Below are positions 36,436 through 51,300 of a stretch of DNA of 64,000 bases, piece after piece. This DNA is from Azolla caroliniana (lineage: Eukaryota; Plantae; Polypodiophyta). Within the stretch, counting starts at the first letter, position 1, and every line of letters begins with the position of its first letter. Made by a program: the position numbers and the translations under genes. The DNA lies in the NCBI GenBank assembly GCA_043228905.1, contig JBHGNT010000017.1, forward strand, positions 4,774,001-4,838,000, read 5' to 3'. Under the pieces are notes generated by a model. It had not been told where the DNA came from, made no database searches, and saw only the letters and a program-made list of their open reading frames with translations.

Positions 36436-36858
36436 AGCTAGCTAGCGAGCGAGAGCTAAGACCTTCTTCTCCGAGCCGATCAAAGTCTTTGTCATGGGAA
36501 GAATATGTTGATATGTATGTATGCAGAGTGCACCAACATGCTCTTCTTCTTCTGTTCTTTGTACAAGTTTGTTTGTAGGGAGAAAGAAGAACAAGTCATG
36601 AAATGGAGAGGAGGAGAGTAGTGAGAAAGACCCAAAATGGTACTCATCAAAATGTTCACTCACTTTCATATGAAATGTTTGGGTTCTGAGTTCGAATCCC
36701 GTATTGTCCGGACAATACCCGCATATATATACTACATGTATTGAGGCCCGATATGTCCTCGTTCGTGCCCATGTTGTGATCCCCCCCGCCCCCCCCCCGA
36801 GTTCACATTCACAGTGTCCATGTTACCATTCCTTCCTGACCCCGACATTAAGGTCTCC

Positions 36859-37012
36859 TGTTGTCGTCATCTGGCTCTCCATTGAACTTTTCAGTGGGTT
36901 AAATCATCATCATTTGTAGTTTCTTTGAATTCGCATGTTGTCGTCATTTGGCTCTCCATTGATCTTTTTAGTGGGTTAAATCATCATCATTTGTAGTTTC
37001 TTTGAATTTGCC
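36859..37012. repeat. ~77-bp tandem duplication upstream of FEY
   Basis: TGTTGTCGTCAT(C/T)TGGCTCTCCATTGA...GTAGTTTCTTTGAATT occurs twice. Confidence 0.85.
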
Positions 37013-39872
37013 TCATGCACGCATAATCACTCAATCTGGATGGGTGTGGACTTCCTTGAGTTTCCCCCTTAGAGGGTTTTCGGCATTTGTCTTCACACTT
37101 GCCTTTATGTGAGACATGTATTCTCGTACAAAAGTTTGACCGGTGGGTTCACATGGTGGGGATATGCTTTCACACTTTGATGGGTATGGAACATATGTTT
37201 ATTCACCTTGCGAGGAGGGAATGCTCTTGGTTATCATACACAACAATGTGAAGATGGATATGCATAGAGGTAGAGGCGTACATTTACTTTTTTCCTTTTT
37301 TCTCTTTGTAGTACAAACTTTGACCGAATGGAAAACCCCTCACAAAATAGAGATATATAAAAATTGCCAAAACCCAAAAGCACTCATAAATAAAGTTGAA
37401 ATGCCACTTGATGGATTTCTACAAATTGCATTCAATCATAAAAGAGATCATTTGAAAGTGGACTTGAATACACGTGGGGAGAGGCCCATGAATGTAGGTG
37501 GCCAAGTGACTTTGATATAGAGGCATATAGATTGGCCAGTACGATTATTGTAAATATGTATAAAAACATAATCAACATCGTATATGGTTAGGTTGTTGGG
37601 TTTGATTGAAGTTGAGAATTTAAGTCATTTTGCTTTAGTTACTCCATAAGGTAGATCATTTATTAGTTTTCCATGTCTAGACAAATAGACTTATAACATG
37701 TTATGGAACATTAATGTTGATGAGTTAGTTGATGGTTTGAAATTGCAAGGAGCCAAACATAATGATATTCACCACCTCTAAACCTGTCCATCCTTTGACA
37801 AGCACCAACAACCCTAACTTGTTCTTCTTCTTCATTGATTGAGGGCTTGACCACATAGTCTATGCTATCATCTAAAGCTTATTCTCATGTTACCTCACCG
37901 TCAATAACATTGGATCTTCGTTTGTGTTGTTAATTATTTCATTGCAATTGGCTCACTATTATTTAGGAATTGTTGTCCATCTTTTTTAATTGTCTATGCT
38001 TTGAATCTCTGTAAATTCATTGATATTTGTTTCTCTATTTGGGCATGATTTGCAGGTTTTCTTAAGTACTAGATCTTTCATTGATTGTCAAGGTTTCAAA
38101 TTCAAGCAAATGTTATAAAATTGTCAAGAACCTTACTTTTTCTCCCGTATTGTCTACTAAATAAATGGTTGCCTCAATATCAATGTGTAATACATTCCAT
38201 CAACAAAGAACACGTGATCCAAGTTGAACCAACAAAACATCTCCAACTATGATTCTGATGTTTGGACATGATGCTGGGAAAATGTTGAGTGGTTTGATAA
38301 ACTTTTATTGTGGTAGCCCATACTTGTTTGATCACTCATTATCCTTCTTTGTGGATGTCTTCATACATTACATTGACTTTGAGTCATGTCTAAACAATGC
38401 AATGGCTAGTTTTGATATTACATTAATCAATATGAGAGTCTATGTGCAACCATGCGAGCCATTGTTGCAAGATTTTTCGTGCATGTCACTCCCTTTGCTA
38501 TACTTGTAGAAATAGGACATGAAGTCCTCCACATATCACCTTTTGAATTGTAGATGCAAAACTCACTAGGCTCATATCATATACAAAGATGTGATAACAT
38601 AAGTAGGTTAGTTAATGTTGTCTCGATTTCAAGTGAAGTTGCTATCAAAGCGCTACTATTGACGTTTAATGTTGACTTTATTTCAGAGGAGGGCTCGTCG
38701 ATTACAAGTATTCTTTCACTTTTCATGACAAATTTGTTTTGCTTCTCTTCACCACTTTTCCTTCAGGACTACCTAATCGGGTAGTTGTTGATGTTACTAG
38801 TGCATGTTAGGATTTCATTCATCTCAATTTGCTGAAATCTCTGTTTGTAGCATGCAATCAATGTGCTTTACAAGGTTCCCCTTTCTTTCCTTGATTTTTG
38901 TTGAATATCAATTTTTTTGGAAGTGCATTCAAGGACTACGACGGATCCAAGTATGCTTCATGAGGAATGTGGTTGATTAGGAGTTCACTCAACCTTCTTT
39001 CTCGTTCACCCTTTCCAAAATCAATGACAAGGACTTTGTTGAGATGAGTTGAACATCTCATCTCTATAGAAGATGCCATTTTGATCTAGAGTTTAATTGA
39101 GCAACGAGTAGTATAGCCATGAGAGGTTAGACAAGTATCCAAACATACATCTCACTCTCCTTTTCAAGTCATCATATTCATTGTTTGTCTATTGCTTTCC
39201 ATTTGTTTCAAGCAAAATCCAGGGTCTTGCAAACCCTGGACGACATCGTCTTTCATTTTCTTCGGGGACGTCATTCTTCATGTGTTCCACATGTAGAGTC
39301 CCATGGTTTGAGGTCATCCGCCTCGAGTCACGGGGATGATTCCTTATCGTGACAAACTCACACTAAAGAATTGCCCATCACACAATCCCATGAAATCACA
39401 AATTGATCGATAATCGACACATTGGAAAACAAATTCGATAATGATTCCCAACAAATTCCTCGCAATGGGCTAGGCCCTGTCTCATAGATCGCAATTAAGT
39501 CTCCTGAGCAAATTAAAAGTATATAGATCTATGTGTCTCCACCCCCCCCTTTTTCTCTCTCTCTCTAATGGATGAACACAAATTAGTTTCATACTATTCG
39601 ATTGTATGAGTTTCATAAACCGTGCGGATTAGTATAATCGTGGATCTCTTTCCGAATCAGTTTACAGGGCGGATGCCATGCGTTCTTATACTATTGGGAT
39701 CAGATATGTACATATTGGGCATATTTTTTGGGATAAGTGGGAACCATTTTGGGTTGGGACATTTTCCGGAGGTGTGAAACCGTTTTGCTGCAGAGATTTG
39801 AATTTTGAAAACCTCAGCAGAGACAAGAGTCAAGAGACAGAGAGACAGAGAGCGGCAGCAGCAGCTGAAACG

Positions 39873-42800
39873 ATGGTGTTCGATCGAGTCCATGGAGATG
39901 GTGCTCCCTGCTCTTCATCGTATGGATCTTCAGACATAGGTTCAGGTGTTTATTTTCCATCTCTCCCTGCCTCCTTCTCTATCCTTCTCACCGGTTTCAT
40001 CCATTCCCCCCTAATCCTCAAGTCACAAATTTGCAGAATCTGACCCTTCATGCCTTGATTTTTTCAATCGATTCTCTACATTTCTGTGTTTTCTTACTTC
40101 TTCTCCTTTTTCAACTCCTTTATTGCTCGTCTTATGTAGTAGAAAACTTGGTCGATCATAAAGATACATGGAAGCATTCATAGAAACTGCCTAACCTTTC
40201 ATTTCATACGATTGCTTTTCCGTTTGATTCTCTGCATTTCCACGCTATAGATTCCGCTCCTTCTCATCTCATGTCTTAGTCGATCAGGAACATACTCAGG
40301 GTATGTCAATTCATCGACATGCTTGTCCCATGATTGTCTGCATTTCGATTGCATCTCCTGTATTTTACACATTTCATTTATTTTTCATTTCTTTGATCAA
40401 TGATGAGGGGGAATCAGAAGTAAAATTCGGATTACATATGTATATTTGAACCACAGCAGAATATTTCATGAATTCAGTTTCTGTGTTTTAGTTTTACTGT
40501 CTTTTCATTTCCTGTTTTGACTATGATCATGATGTGTAACAGTAAACCTTGGAACAACCGTAGATTTTCATGAGATCCGAATACCAGGCATGGAATCTGT
40601 AGTTGCTTCAATCACTGGTTATGATGGAGATGAGAAATCCAGGCTTATCAAGAACATTAACAGTTCTGGCAGTTTTTATGTTGGAAGCTTAAGGAAAGGT
40701 TCAACAACACATCTGGTAAGTGACTTTAAATTCATTATTGCATTGGAAATCGGTAAGTAGATATAAACTAAACTGGTTTATGATCAATCTGTGGTAAAGG
40801 TTTGCAAAACATTTAGTGGCAAAAAGTATGAGATGGCAAAGAGGTTTGGGATTCATATTATAAATCATCGATGGTTTGAAGATTGCATTGAAGCTGGGAG
40901 ACGTCTTTCTGAGAGATCTTACACATCATTGAGGTAAGATAAAAACGAGTATTTTGCTGAAGTTGAGTAAGTGATACAATATGCCAAAATTGTAGCCTTA
41001 TATTATTGCAGCCTTTTGGGTTTCTAGTAATTCTTGCTATGCATACTTTGTTTGAGGTTTTTTTGGGGTTATGTTATGGAAGCAGCCAAAGAAAGAAAGA
41101 GATTTTTCATAGAGTGGGAAATTAGATTTACTTAAATAATAGCTTTTGTTTATCATAGCAGTGTATATATTTTGTACGAGTCTTCCTAATAATATACTGC
41201 TATTAATTAATTAATCGTGGTTTTGGTACTAGTGGGAAAGATGTAGGAACTGTGTCATGTAAGCAGCTGAAGCAAGAAAGAGATTTTGCATGGAGTGGAA
41301 AATTGGATTCTCCTAAAGCTGTTACTTTTGACAAGCATTTATCACCAAACTATTTTGTTGATGAAGACTTTTGTCAAAAGACTTTGATTCATAAATATTC
41401 ATCTGCACCTGACAAGTCCTACATTTTAGATGACATCATTGATTCTGAATACAGTGATCAAGATTTAGAGACATTATTGCAAAATAGCTCAAAGAAGAGA
41501 GACAAAGGGAAACACAAGGTTATAAAAAACCAGAGTTTTAAATATAAGATGCCTAAAAAGTGTACCAGAAGGCCGTTGTCAAGCCCAATCCAGCCATTTA
41601 AATCAAGCAATAAAGTTTCAATAAACCAACGATCTGACAGCATACTCAATTATATGCTGATTTCAGATGAAAGTGATACTGAAGTGAGGCAAGAAAATCA
41701 AGATGTTGGAATTCAAGATGGTAAAAGGTCTCCTAATGCAGAGAGTCTTGGTTGTGCATTTCTAGAAGATATCCAAGAGGCTTCTCCAGTGACATCATCA
41801 AGAAGAAGTCTAAGATTGAAGGGCAAGCAGTTAACATCATCAAAGTTTGTCTCCTTGCATCCTAAAAGGAAGCAAAGATCTATAAACAGGTTGCCAGATT
41901 CATGTTATTCAAATAATGTTGCAACTGAATCAGAAGGCTGTCAAAATGTGGCCACATCAATCAGACCTCCTAGTTTAACTGCAGCTACATCTAATGGAGA
42001 AATTCAAAAGGATAATTCTCTTCACTTTCCAGTATGTACTGGTGCATCATGTGGTGCAACTGTTGACATTGTGGAGGAAAGTCATGTAGCATGTACTCTT
42101 GTTCCCAGTGATATTGCATGTGTCATATGCCATGCTGATAAGATTACATCAGCAGAAGGTTTGCTCATGTGTGGTCATAACTTTTGCTATGTTTGCATAA
42201 AGCAGTGGGCTACTGAAGTGGTAATGAGGATATTCATTCTTTCATTTATCTCATTTCTAATAAGATTATAGTGCAGTTTTTCATATCTTTCCTTGATATG
42301 TTTGTAGTCATCAAAAAATCCAACTTGCCCTCTATGTAAAAAGCCATTTGACATGATAACTAAGAGAGAGCTGAGACTTGGACAAAATGGCGAAGAAAGT
42401 TCGTTTGAAGAGTCGATAGTTTTGTTAGAGTGCAGAGAAGATAGAAATCTTCAACAAGTTGCAGAAAATATTGCAGTGAGTTGCCTTTGGTGTATGTCAG
42501 ATGTATAAAGTGCTACATTTGTGGCCGGATGTTATGATGTCATAATATGTAATTTTAGTGCAAGATTTTGAAATTCTGACCTGTTATATGGGAATGGTTT
42601 TGTTATACAGAGACCTACTTGTATTATGTGTGGCATTGGAGATATGGAAGAGATGCTAATGGTTTGTAATGAATGTGGAGCAAGATCAGCTCACTCATTC
42701 TGTCTTGATCCCCCATTACCACCACCAGTTGCTACTACACTGTGGTTTTGTGGACGTTGCTCACAACGCAGAAGGTGAGTGTTTCATAGATGGTTGCATA

Positions 42801-43480
42801 GGTGAGAAACACATATATGCAACGCAGAAGGTGGTTTTGTGGACGTTGCATAGATGTGTTTCTCAAAGACTTTTTAAATTTTTATGATAAATTATTAGTG
42901 GATTAATTTTTTATCACTATCTTATGCCAATTAATAAAGAACTGTATGCGAGGTAATGGTAAATTTGAATGGTTGATTTTTTTTTGTTCTACTGCATGGA
43001 ATTGAAACTTGAACCTATCCTTAGGCATGTAACTGTCTACAACTGTATGTTCTAAATTATGTATATCATATTTGTAAATTGTAGCTTGCATGTAAAAGAT
43101 ATTAATGAAGGAAGAAACTATTATAAACATGGCCTTAAATATGTCTGCCATATTGTCATATTGCTTACTTCTATGTTAAAGTTAATTTAGTTTTTTTCGA
43201 ATTTCTTATATTTAACTCATTTACGAAGATCTTATATTTTGTAAGAGGACAAGCAAGTTCTTTATCTTCCTTAAAATTGTAAAAAATATAGAAAAATAGG
43301 TATAAGATTGAAGATATTCTTACATTGCAATTTGCAAAAGCATTTGAAACTTTAATTCTGCATTTCATGAAATTCCAAATGGTTGAAATTTCAGTAGTGG
43401 ATCTTATATTCTGCTGATCTTGTAGGGTGGACACTAGTTGGTGGTATCAACTGCATGACATTCAGAGACTTGGAGACTAA
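39873..43480 (+). CDS. BRCT + C3HC4 RING + PHD finger protein, 7 exons
   Basis: Exons at 39873-39945, 40564-40715, 40800-40933, 41233-42220, ~42308-42476, 42611-42774 and 43426-43480. BRCT: ASITGYDGDEK..THLVCKTFSGKKYEMAK..INHRWFEDC. RING: CVIC..CGHNFCYVC..CPLCK. PHD: CIMC..CNEC..HSFC..WFCGRC. Confidence 0.88.
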
Positions 43481-46305
43481 GGTACCGAATGTGCATTTAC
43501 ACCTAGATGATGTACGTGTTTCTGCAATAGGAATCTGGCTGTAATCAGGCCAACGTGTATGTATCTTCCTTGTATAGACATATGAACAGTATTCTTCCAA
43601 TAATTAAATTCTACATTTGATTGATTAAAGCACACCATTGCTATGCGTCAAAGAGTGTATGCTTGTTTATCTCGGAAAGAAGCATTCCAGTTAGAAGAAG
43701 ATTGCCAATCAAGGAAAAAACAGAGCTGCGTGGGAGTATGTCCGTGACAACATGATTTTCCTACCATGACATGATCGATCTTTTTCTTGGATATGCTTTG
43801 TTGCAATGTAAATGTGTACGAGAAAATACAGAAATTATGAAGAGATGACATTGAGAATAAAAGATAACCTTAAGGCTTAAACAGTGAAGTCTGGGTATAT
43901 CTGTTAACAATAACGAAAATATCTCCATCTAATGAGATAATCTGTGTATAAGTTTGTAGGATGACTGGATAAATTTAACTGTTAAAATGATAAGCCTGTT
44001 TTGATCATTTTTGTATCTTCATAATAAGTTGTCAATAGAATAGATTGCATGACATACTTGGGTGATTTCAAAGGGTGCAATAAACTGGTTTTAGCAAGAT
44101 CACAAAATTTACTAACTTCAAAGATCTCTTGAACTATTATGAAGAAGATTTTCCCATGGTTATTTCAGCAGAAGTTTCTTTTTGTTATCTGTCATTCTTA
44201 TGTTACCATGTAATGGACATAGGTTTAGGCCAGAATGGAAAGGCTAATTTATCATTCATAAATAAATATACTAGCAAGGATAATTATCCTAGGATTTGAG
44301 GCAACTCAGCATGGTAAGCTACATGTAAGGTACCTACGTTCTGGTCAAGGGGCCTTTAATTTATGATAAAATGAGGTAGTTAGTCCCATATTTATATTTT
44401 AAACCAAAAGGCCCTTGATTGCCATGTAGGTGTCTATGTGTTGTTGACCATGGTAGGTTGTAGTTTGATCAAACTGTAACATCATGATTTCAAATCTCCA
44501 TGTATTTGTGCTATTCTACTTTTAAGTTATAATAATGCTATTTGTTAAGCTAATATGGCTGTAAAAGCGTCTATATATGGGTTTTGAGAAGTAACGCTAG
44601 TGTTGAATATGTTCTCACTCATTGATCAGGCCAATGATTGAGTTGGATATTGATATGAAAATTAAACATGAGAGCAAAATCACTTTGAAAGAACATGTAA
44701 AGTCAAGTTGCATATTATAGATGGATCATAATTAGATTGGTATACCTAAGTATGAGAACAAAATCCTAATATTGAACATGCACAATGAAGGCTAATGATT
44801 GAGGGCAATACATGCAAATGATCTTGAATGAATAATAATTGTGAATCTAAGACATAGGACAAGAACTTTTAGGTAGATATGTTAATAGCAAAACGTTCTA
44901 ATCGAAATACAATTTAGATAATACAAAACAAAAACTAATCGTTGCAAGTGGAATGCTACTTTTAGGACAAGAATAACATCCAAAAGATAATTGAGCAAAT
45001 ATTGGGGAGTTAGGGTTTGAGCAAAGGACACATCAATGAGTTCGCCACATGAATTGGTGAAGTACGGATACCCTAAACCTAACCCCACCACTTGGACATA
45101 ATTGACTATGCATATTTCTTGCAATCTAGTTATGTAAGATGTAGATTGAGATAGTCATTACTCAAAAAGTATCCAATACACAACAAATGTGAATTAGTGT
45201 TAACAAATTTATATCTAGTAATGGCATGAATTTACTTCAAATAGACATTTTTTTTAATTGCACAAGTGTTTCTTGTGCTCCATTTATCTTCTTTAAAATT
45301 GGGTGAAGATGGTGAATGCATGAGAGTGCTAGTCTTGGAAGTTGATACGAGTTTTACCCACAAAACCCTTCACTAAGGCTTCCGTATATAACATACAACA
45401 TGGACATTGGGCTTCTACTTTGAGCTCTTGCTGACGCTATTGACTATTTGAGTTATGTCTCATCACTTCACCCTTCACTTTGACCCTTTCATCCATGACA
45501 CTTGAACAACAAAGAACAACTATCCAATGACATTTGAATGTTCATATTTATACACCTCTAAGATGATGAAAACTTTGGTACAAATGTTTCTCGTGATTAT
45601 GTTGCCAAACATGTCATCATTTTGCATGTAATAACATAGAGGTATGGACATTACATCCTTGCATCACATGTAAAGAGATGTGGTGTCTTGCACTTCATAT
45701 TTCACAACTACTTCATGTGTATAGAGACATGGATCAAATGCTCAGGCCTATGTTGTCTAATTTGCCAATCACAAATTTGAAGTTGTATGGAAGGAACAAA
45801 AGCTTGCAGTTATATATAATTCATGCTAAATTTCCTATAAAATATTAGGCGATTTCCTGTGTAATCTGACATTGCTATGAATGAAAGGGAAACTTGAGCG
45901 TTTGGTTTAGAAAGTTTTCGAGAAGAGTTGGGGTGTTGACCCAATCATGGTTTCAACTTCCCATAAGCAATGCACTGAGTCTCAACTGATATGGCAACGT
46001 CTCCTTAGAATTTTTGCTAACTATTTCCCCCCATTGGTTTTCACTTGGGGCATGGTGGTTTGGACATCTCTTGTCCGTGATGCATTTCATTATGACACCG
46101 AATCTATGGACCATGGATTTTACACTAAATATGGAAGTGTTCATACATGACCATTGTTGTTATTACAGTTTACAAGAATACGAAAGGAAGTCCAACCAGT
46201 ATGGGAGATAATGAGTAGTACCACTATATATCACATTTGGAAGGTTAGGCGCTCTCTCATTTTCCATCAGCTTAAAACGCCACCGACTGGATTGGTTTCA
46301 AATAT

Positions 46306-48246
46306 ATATATATATTAAAAGATATCCTGTCATTAGTATAAACAATTTACAAGATTTTAAACCTCTATGTGATTGGCGGGGGAAACAACCATTTCGGTGG
46401 ATGAAAATGCCAATAAGGAGTGCCGTAATTCAATGTCAAGAATGGAGTAGTTGTCCAGATAATAAGAAACTCACTCCGTTGAGCAATTTTAGCCTTAGAA
46501 TCTCTAACTATACCATCCCATTGACCCTTCAAAGTATGAATTATGTCGAACCAAATGTTCGAAACCACTTCAGCTGGTGGTGTTTTAAGTTGATGGAAAA
46601 TGAGAGAACACCTAGCCTTCCAAATGTGATATAGAATGGTACTACTCAGTATCTCACATACTAGTTGGAATTCCTTCCTTACTCCTGAAAACTGTAATGA
46701 CAACAATGGTAATGTATGAACACGTCCATATTTAGTGTAAAATCCATGGTCCATAGATTCATTGACATAATGGAACACATCACGGACAAGTGATGTCCAA
46801 ACCACCATGCCCCAAGTGAAAACCAATGGGGGAAAATAATTAGCAAAAATTCTGAGTCGTTGCCATATCTGTTGAGACTCAATGCATTCCCATAAACAAT
46901 GTTTTTGAGTTTCCATTTGTAATTGACATCGAATACAACCAGAAGATACTCCCATTGTACGCAACCATGTACCTACCAGTAAGGCCTGGTGTACAACTAA
47001 CCATTGTACATGCAATATTTTGTGTGGCTGTTTTCTTGCCCATAAAATACCCAAAATTTTGCAAGGAACTGGGGAGTAATACCTTGTTGATTCCAATATT
47101 GAGATGCAACTGGCAACACATCACGTGTATCTGAAAGTACATGTCTTCCCAACTATAAAGAATATTGGAAGAAATTGAATTTGTTACCCGTGTAAGGATC
47201 TGTCCACTGATAATCAATTGGGTCCCAATCTAATATGAATATTGGTTTTTTAGCTAACACCCACAACTTCCAATGTGGCCTTATTTCCGCTATCATCGGA
47301 TCAATATACCATTTACGGTCAGCATATCCAATGACCCTTATCTTGTGCTCAATAGCATAGGGGTAATCTATCACCATTTCCGGGGACTGAGATAATTGGT
47401 TTGTTTCATCCACCTCAAAAAACCGGCATGTCTTATCATCTGAATACCCCTTCACAGCCAAGAGTACTTCCAATATTGAAAAAACCCCAACCCATCTATG
47501 GTTAGCATTATTGGGTGGTATGGGAAGTCTACTCATTGATTCTTGAATTTGTTGATACATTATTTGGCCACCATGTATACTACGTAGGATTTCTTTTTGC
47601 TCTTTCAATGAATGCGATAAAAACTCTTTCCAAGTCTGAACTGTTTTCGTTGGACCTTCTGTCATTTTCCCCCACGATAACCATTTTCTAGAACCCAACA
47701 CTGAACCATCTGATGTTGTAAACAACGGGTTCCAAACTATCTTTTGTTTGAGATAGTCAACATAATGTTTGGGATTAGGTTTATTATGAAGCAAACCAAG
47801 TAATACATGTTTCCATGCTGAAAATAATGTCCTAATAAATTTGTCTTCCCATCTATTGGCTAAAGGTACTTGGGAAGTTTCCCTAAATATCCAATTTACA
47901 TCCTTCGGCCAGGGGGCGTCTAAACGAGGAGAACAATCTGAACACCGGTCAATCAATAATACTTTCCATATCTCTTGCCCCGATGTAAATCCTCCAACAA
48001 GCAACTTACTTAGCAATGCTCTTGATTGATCTACTGGATCAATAATACCTAATCCTCCTTTAGAACGAGGTAAGGTAATAACATCCCATTTCACTTTTGA
48101 CCGAGCATTGCCTTCCGTTTTATCGGACCACAAGAAATTACGAATCAGTCTACGTATTTCCAAAATGCATGACTTGGAGAATATCCAACATGGCAAAACA
48201 TACCATCTTAAAGCCAATAAAACCTGATTAGCAACAACAATCCGAC
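46306..48246 (-). mobile_element. Element C: 5'-truncated L1-like LINE inserted antisense into element A
   Basis: ORFs 47153-48265 and 46365-47096 (GRIVVANQVLL, GGLGIIDP, zf-RVT CIRC..HCLWEC, WLFPPPIT*). 7-bp TSD CAAATAT at 46299-46305 and 48247-48253. (TA)n-type tail. Confidence 0.85.
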
Positions 48247-48393
48247 CAAATATTTGGTTAGACATAGTTCATACTTTGAAGGGACAATGGGATGGTATTG
48301 TTGGAGATTCTGATGCTAAAATTGCTCAACAACATGAATTTATCACTATATGGAAAGCTACTCCATTCATGACAGCCAATTGTGATACTCCTT

Positions 48394-51300
48394 CAGATAT
48401 ATTGTTTGATTTTGGATATGTTTATATTCATGAAGATGATGTGCCGGAAAGCCAAGCCAAGGCTCGAGCCCATCATCATTGGCGATTCATTAAAGAAGGT
48501 TGTGACATACTCAAAAGCCAAATGGTGATTATGGGAGATGGGGGAGGCGTAAGCTCCGTGGAACCATCCTCTAAGACTCGTAGGATCGGGTCTGGTTCGA
48601 CCTCTAACAATTGTTAATGAAGCTCCTCACGTGGAATGTTCAGGGCTTGGGAGGTCCCTTGTATCGAAGATATAGAGGTAGGTTAAGGCAAGCATTACAA
48701 AAGTGTCTCACGAATGGGTCGTTGGATATTATGATGTTTCAAGAACATCATTTGAATGAGCAAAGAATAAGGAACTATGGCACTATATTACCTAGTAGTT
48801 TGGAGATCTTTTGGTCCCCAGCTATTGGCACTAGTGGTACACAAGGCGGGGTGTGTATGGCAATAACACATAATTGGAAATCAAGTATTATATGCAAAGA
48901 GATCATTGTGCCAGGAAGAGCACAATATATTGTATTACAAGATTTGCATACAACTTGGGGTTACTTGAATATCTACGCGCCAAATCATGCATCGGCTAGG
49001 AAACACTTTTGGTGTGAAATTACAAATGCATTATCGAATGTGTCTCATTGGTGTGTTGTAGGGGATTTTAATATGCTTTAGAACCCGGAGGATAGGAAAG
49101 GAGGGAGTGTCTCAACAATTCATGGGGAGGAATTAACAGTCTGGGAACGGATGTGTTTGAAATTGAGTATTTTGGATGCATGGCATATGCCTAATGTTTA
49201 TAGATCTCAGTATTCCTTGAGTTTCTCACGTTCTGATAGAAGAATTGCTGGAACCAATCTTTCAAGATTGGATAGATTTTATGTGGGGGAGGCCTTTGTC
49301 TTAAAGGGGGGAAATATCACTATTATGCCAGACACAATTTTCTCTGATCATGCTCATGTTATATTGAGAACCTTTGGGTAATCGAAAAGGGAGTCCATAC
49401 GATTTAGGATACCCGAAAAAGTAATGTTACATGATAGATGGTATAATCAAGTGACAGATATTTGGCGGAACAAAGATAATATGGATGTTCCCATTACAAT
49501 AAAAGTGGCTTGTGCTTTGACGGAGATATCACAATATTTTGTGTTAAAATCAAGATCTGAATATATAGAATATCAAGAGAAGGAAAGAAGGATGAGGGCA
49601 AGATTGATATCTTTTCAAAGATTGCAACAAGGTCGGCTAGAGTGTGCATGGATAGCTTCACATCTTGAAGAAGCCCGAAAACAAGTTCAACATATGGAAG
49701 AATGTCGTAGTCAATTTCGGTATCACAATTCTGCTTCAAGATGGACACAAATTGGGGATAGATGTACAAAACAATTTTTTAATATTAAAGGCCCCAAGAG
49801 AGTCTCTAATGTAACCTGTTGTTTGCGGAATGAAAATGGAAAACTTGAAATGGATCCAAATGTTGTACGGGAAATTGCCACGAAATTCTATGCTACCCTT
49901 TCGTTAGAAGAGCCTATCTCTGAGGATATCAATCAAAATAGAATGAAGGTCTGGGCAGAAATTCAACCCAAGGTTACTCAAGCAATTCAAGATTCATTGA
50001 TGTCACCTATTACAGAATTGGAGTTGGAATAAGCGCTACACTCTTTATCGGACAATAGTTGTCTTGGAGTGGATGGACTTACACCTAAATTCTACAAGAA
50101 ATATTGGGGGATACTGAAGAAAGATTTAAAAGATGCTTACCAATATATGTTTGAAAGTGGAGAGATGCCCATGTCGTTATCTAAGGGGCTTATTTATCTT
50201 ATACCTAAAACAGAAGGGGTTTCAGAAGATATTCGTAAGTGGAGGCCAATCACCCTCTTGAATACTAGTTATAAACTATTTGCTAAGTTGCTTAGTTCTC
50301 GGTTACAAGAGGTATTACCAAAGATAATTCATGTATCACAAATTGGTTTTATGAGGGAAAGGAGTATTATGGATAATGTTTTTACATTTTGGGAGGCTAC
50401 TGCAATAGCGGTAAAAAACAAACAAAACCTAGCTGTGTTGCTTTTAGATTTTGAGAAAGCGTATGATAGGGTTGACTGGAATTTTTTGGAAGGTACTATG
50501 CATCACTTGGGCTTCAACACGGCATGGATTAAGGGTGTTTCTTGTCTTTATAGACATGCACATAGTTAGGTGTTGTTGGCAGGTGGAGTAGGACCTCGAT
50601 TTAACATTACTCGATCCGTCCGCCAAGGATGTCCACTCGCACCATTTTTGTTCCTTTTGTTTGCGGAAGCAATGCATGTATTTATATCATCACAATCTAT
50701 AGGCTTGCGTGGTTTGGCAATGCCAATGCATGGACAAGATATATTGGACTTGGAATTTGCAGATGATACTGCATTATATGTGGATAGGACTCTAACGAAT
50801 TTGCAACAAGTACAAGGGGCTTTGTCACAGTTTTGTATAGCGTCTGGAGCTAAGTTATATTGGGAGAAAACTGTTGCATTTTGGCTGAGCAAGGAACCGC
50901 CGCCTTGTTGGGCACCACATCATACTTTCTAGTGGATTCAAAGAGGAGTTGCAGTTCGATATCTTGGAGTGCAGGTTGGGATTGATTTGGTTCCAGAATT
51001 ACATCCTACACCATTACTATTAACTTTGAGGAAAAAGTTATTCTTGTGGAGCCATGCTAAACTATCTTTGGCCGGTAGAGTGATAGTTGCCAACCATGTG
51101 CTACTATCTACGGTGTGGTATATAGCCTCATCTTGGATCTTTTCAAAATCGTGCATTGGACAAATTCGAAGGCTGGTTAGGAATTTTATATGGGTTGGGG
51201 AGGATAAGAGTCATGTAAGAGCGAAGGTGGCTTGGAGTACACTGATAACCCCGAAGCAATACAATGATCTAGGGATTATAGATCCATTAGACCAATGCAT

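Noticed and set aside
36680-36702. tRNA B-box-like GAGTTCGAATCCC (similar reverse motifs at ~29558 and ~29763)
   Set aside because: No cloverleaf or clear A box could be built. At most these are SINE relics.
37500-39250. Possible highly decayed retroelement sequence (also ~12900-13900, 26000-27200, 29800-31400, 44400-45900)
   Set aside because: No diagnostic protein motif, LTR or TSD could be identified by eye.
48276-48617. 113-aa ORF as an independent gene
   Set aside because: It is a chimeric read-through across the junction between element A's ORF2 end and element B's 5' end.
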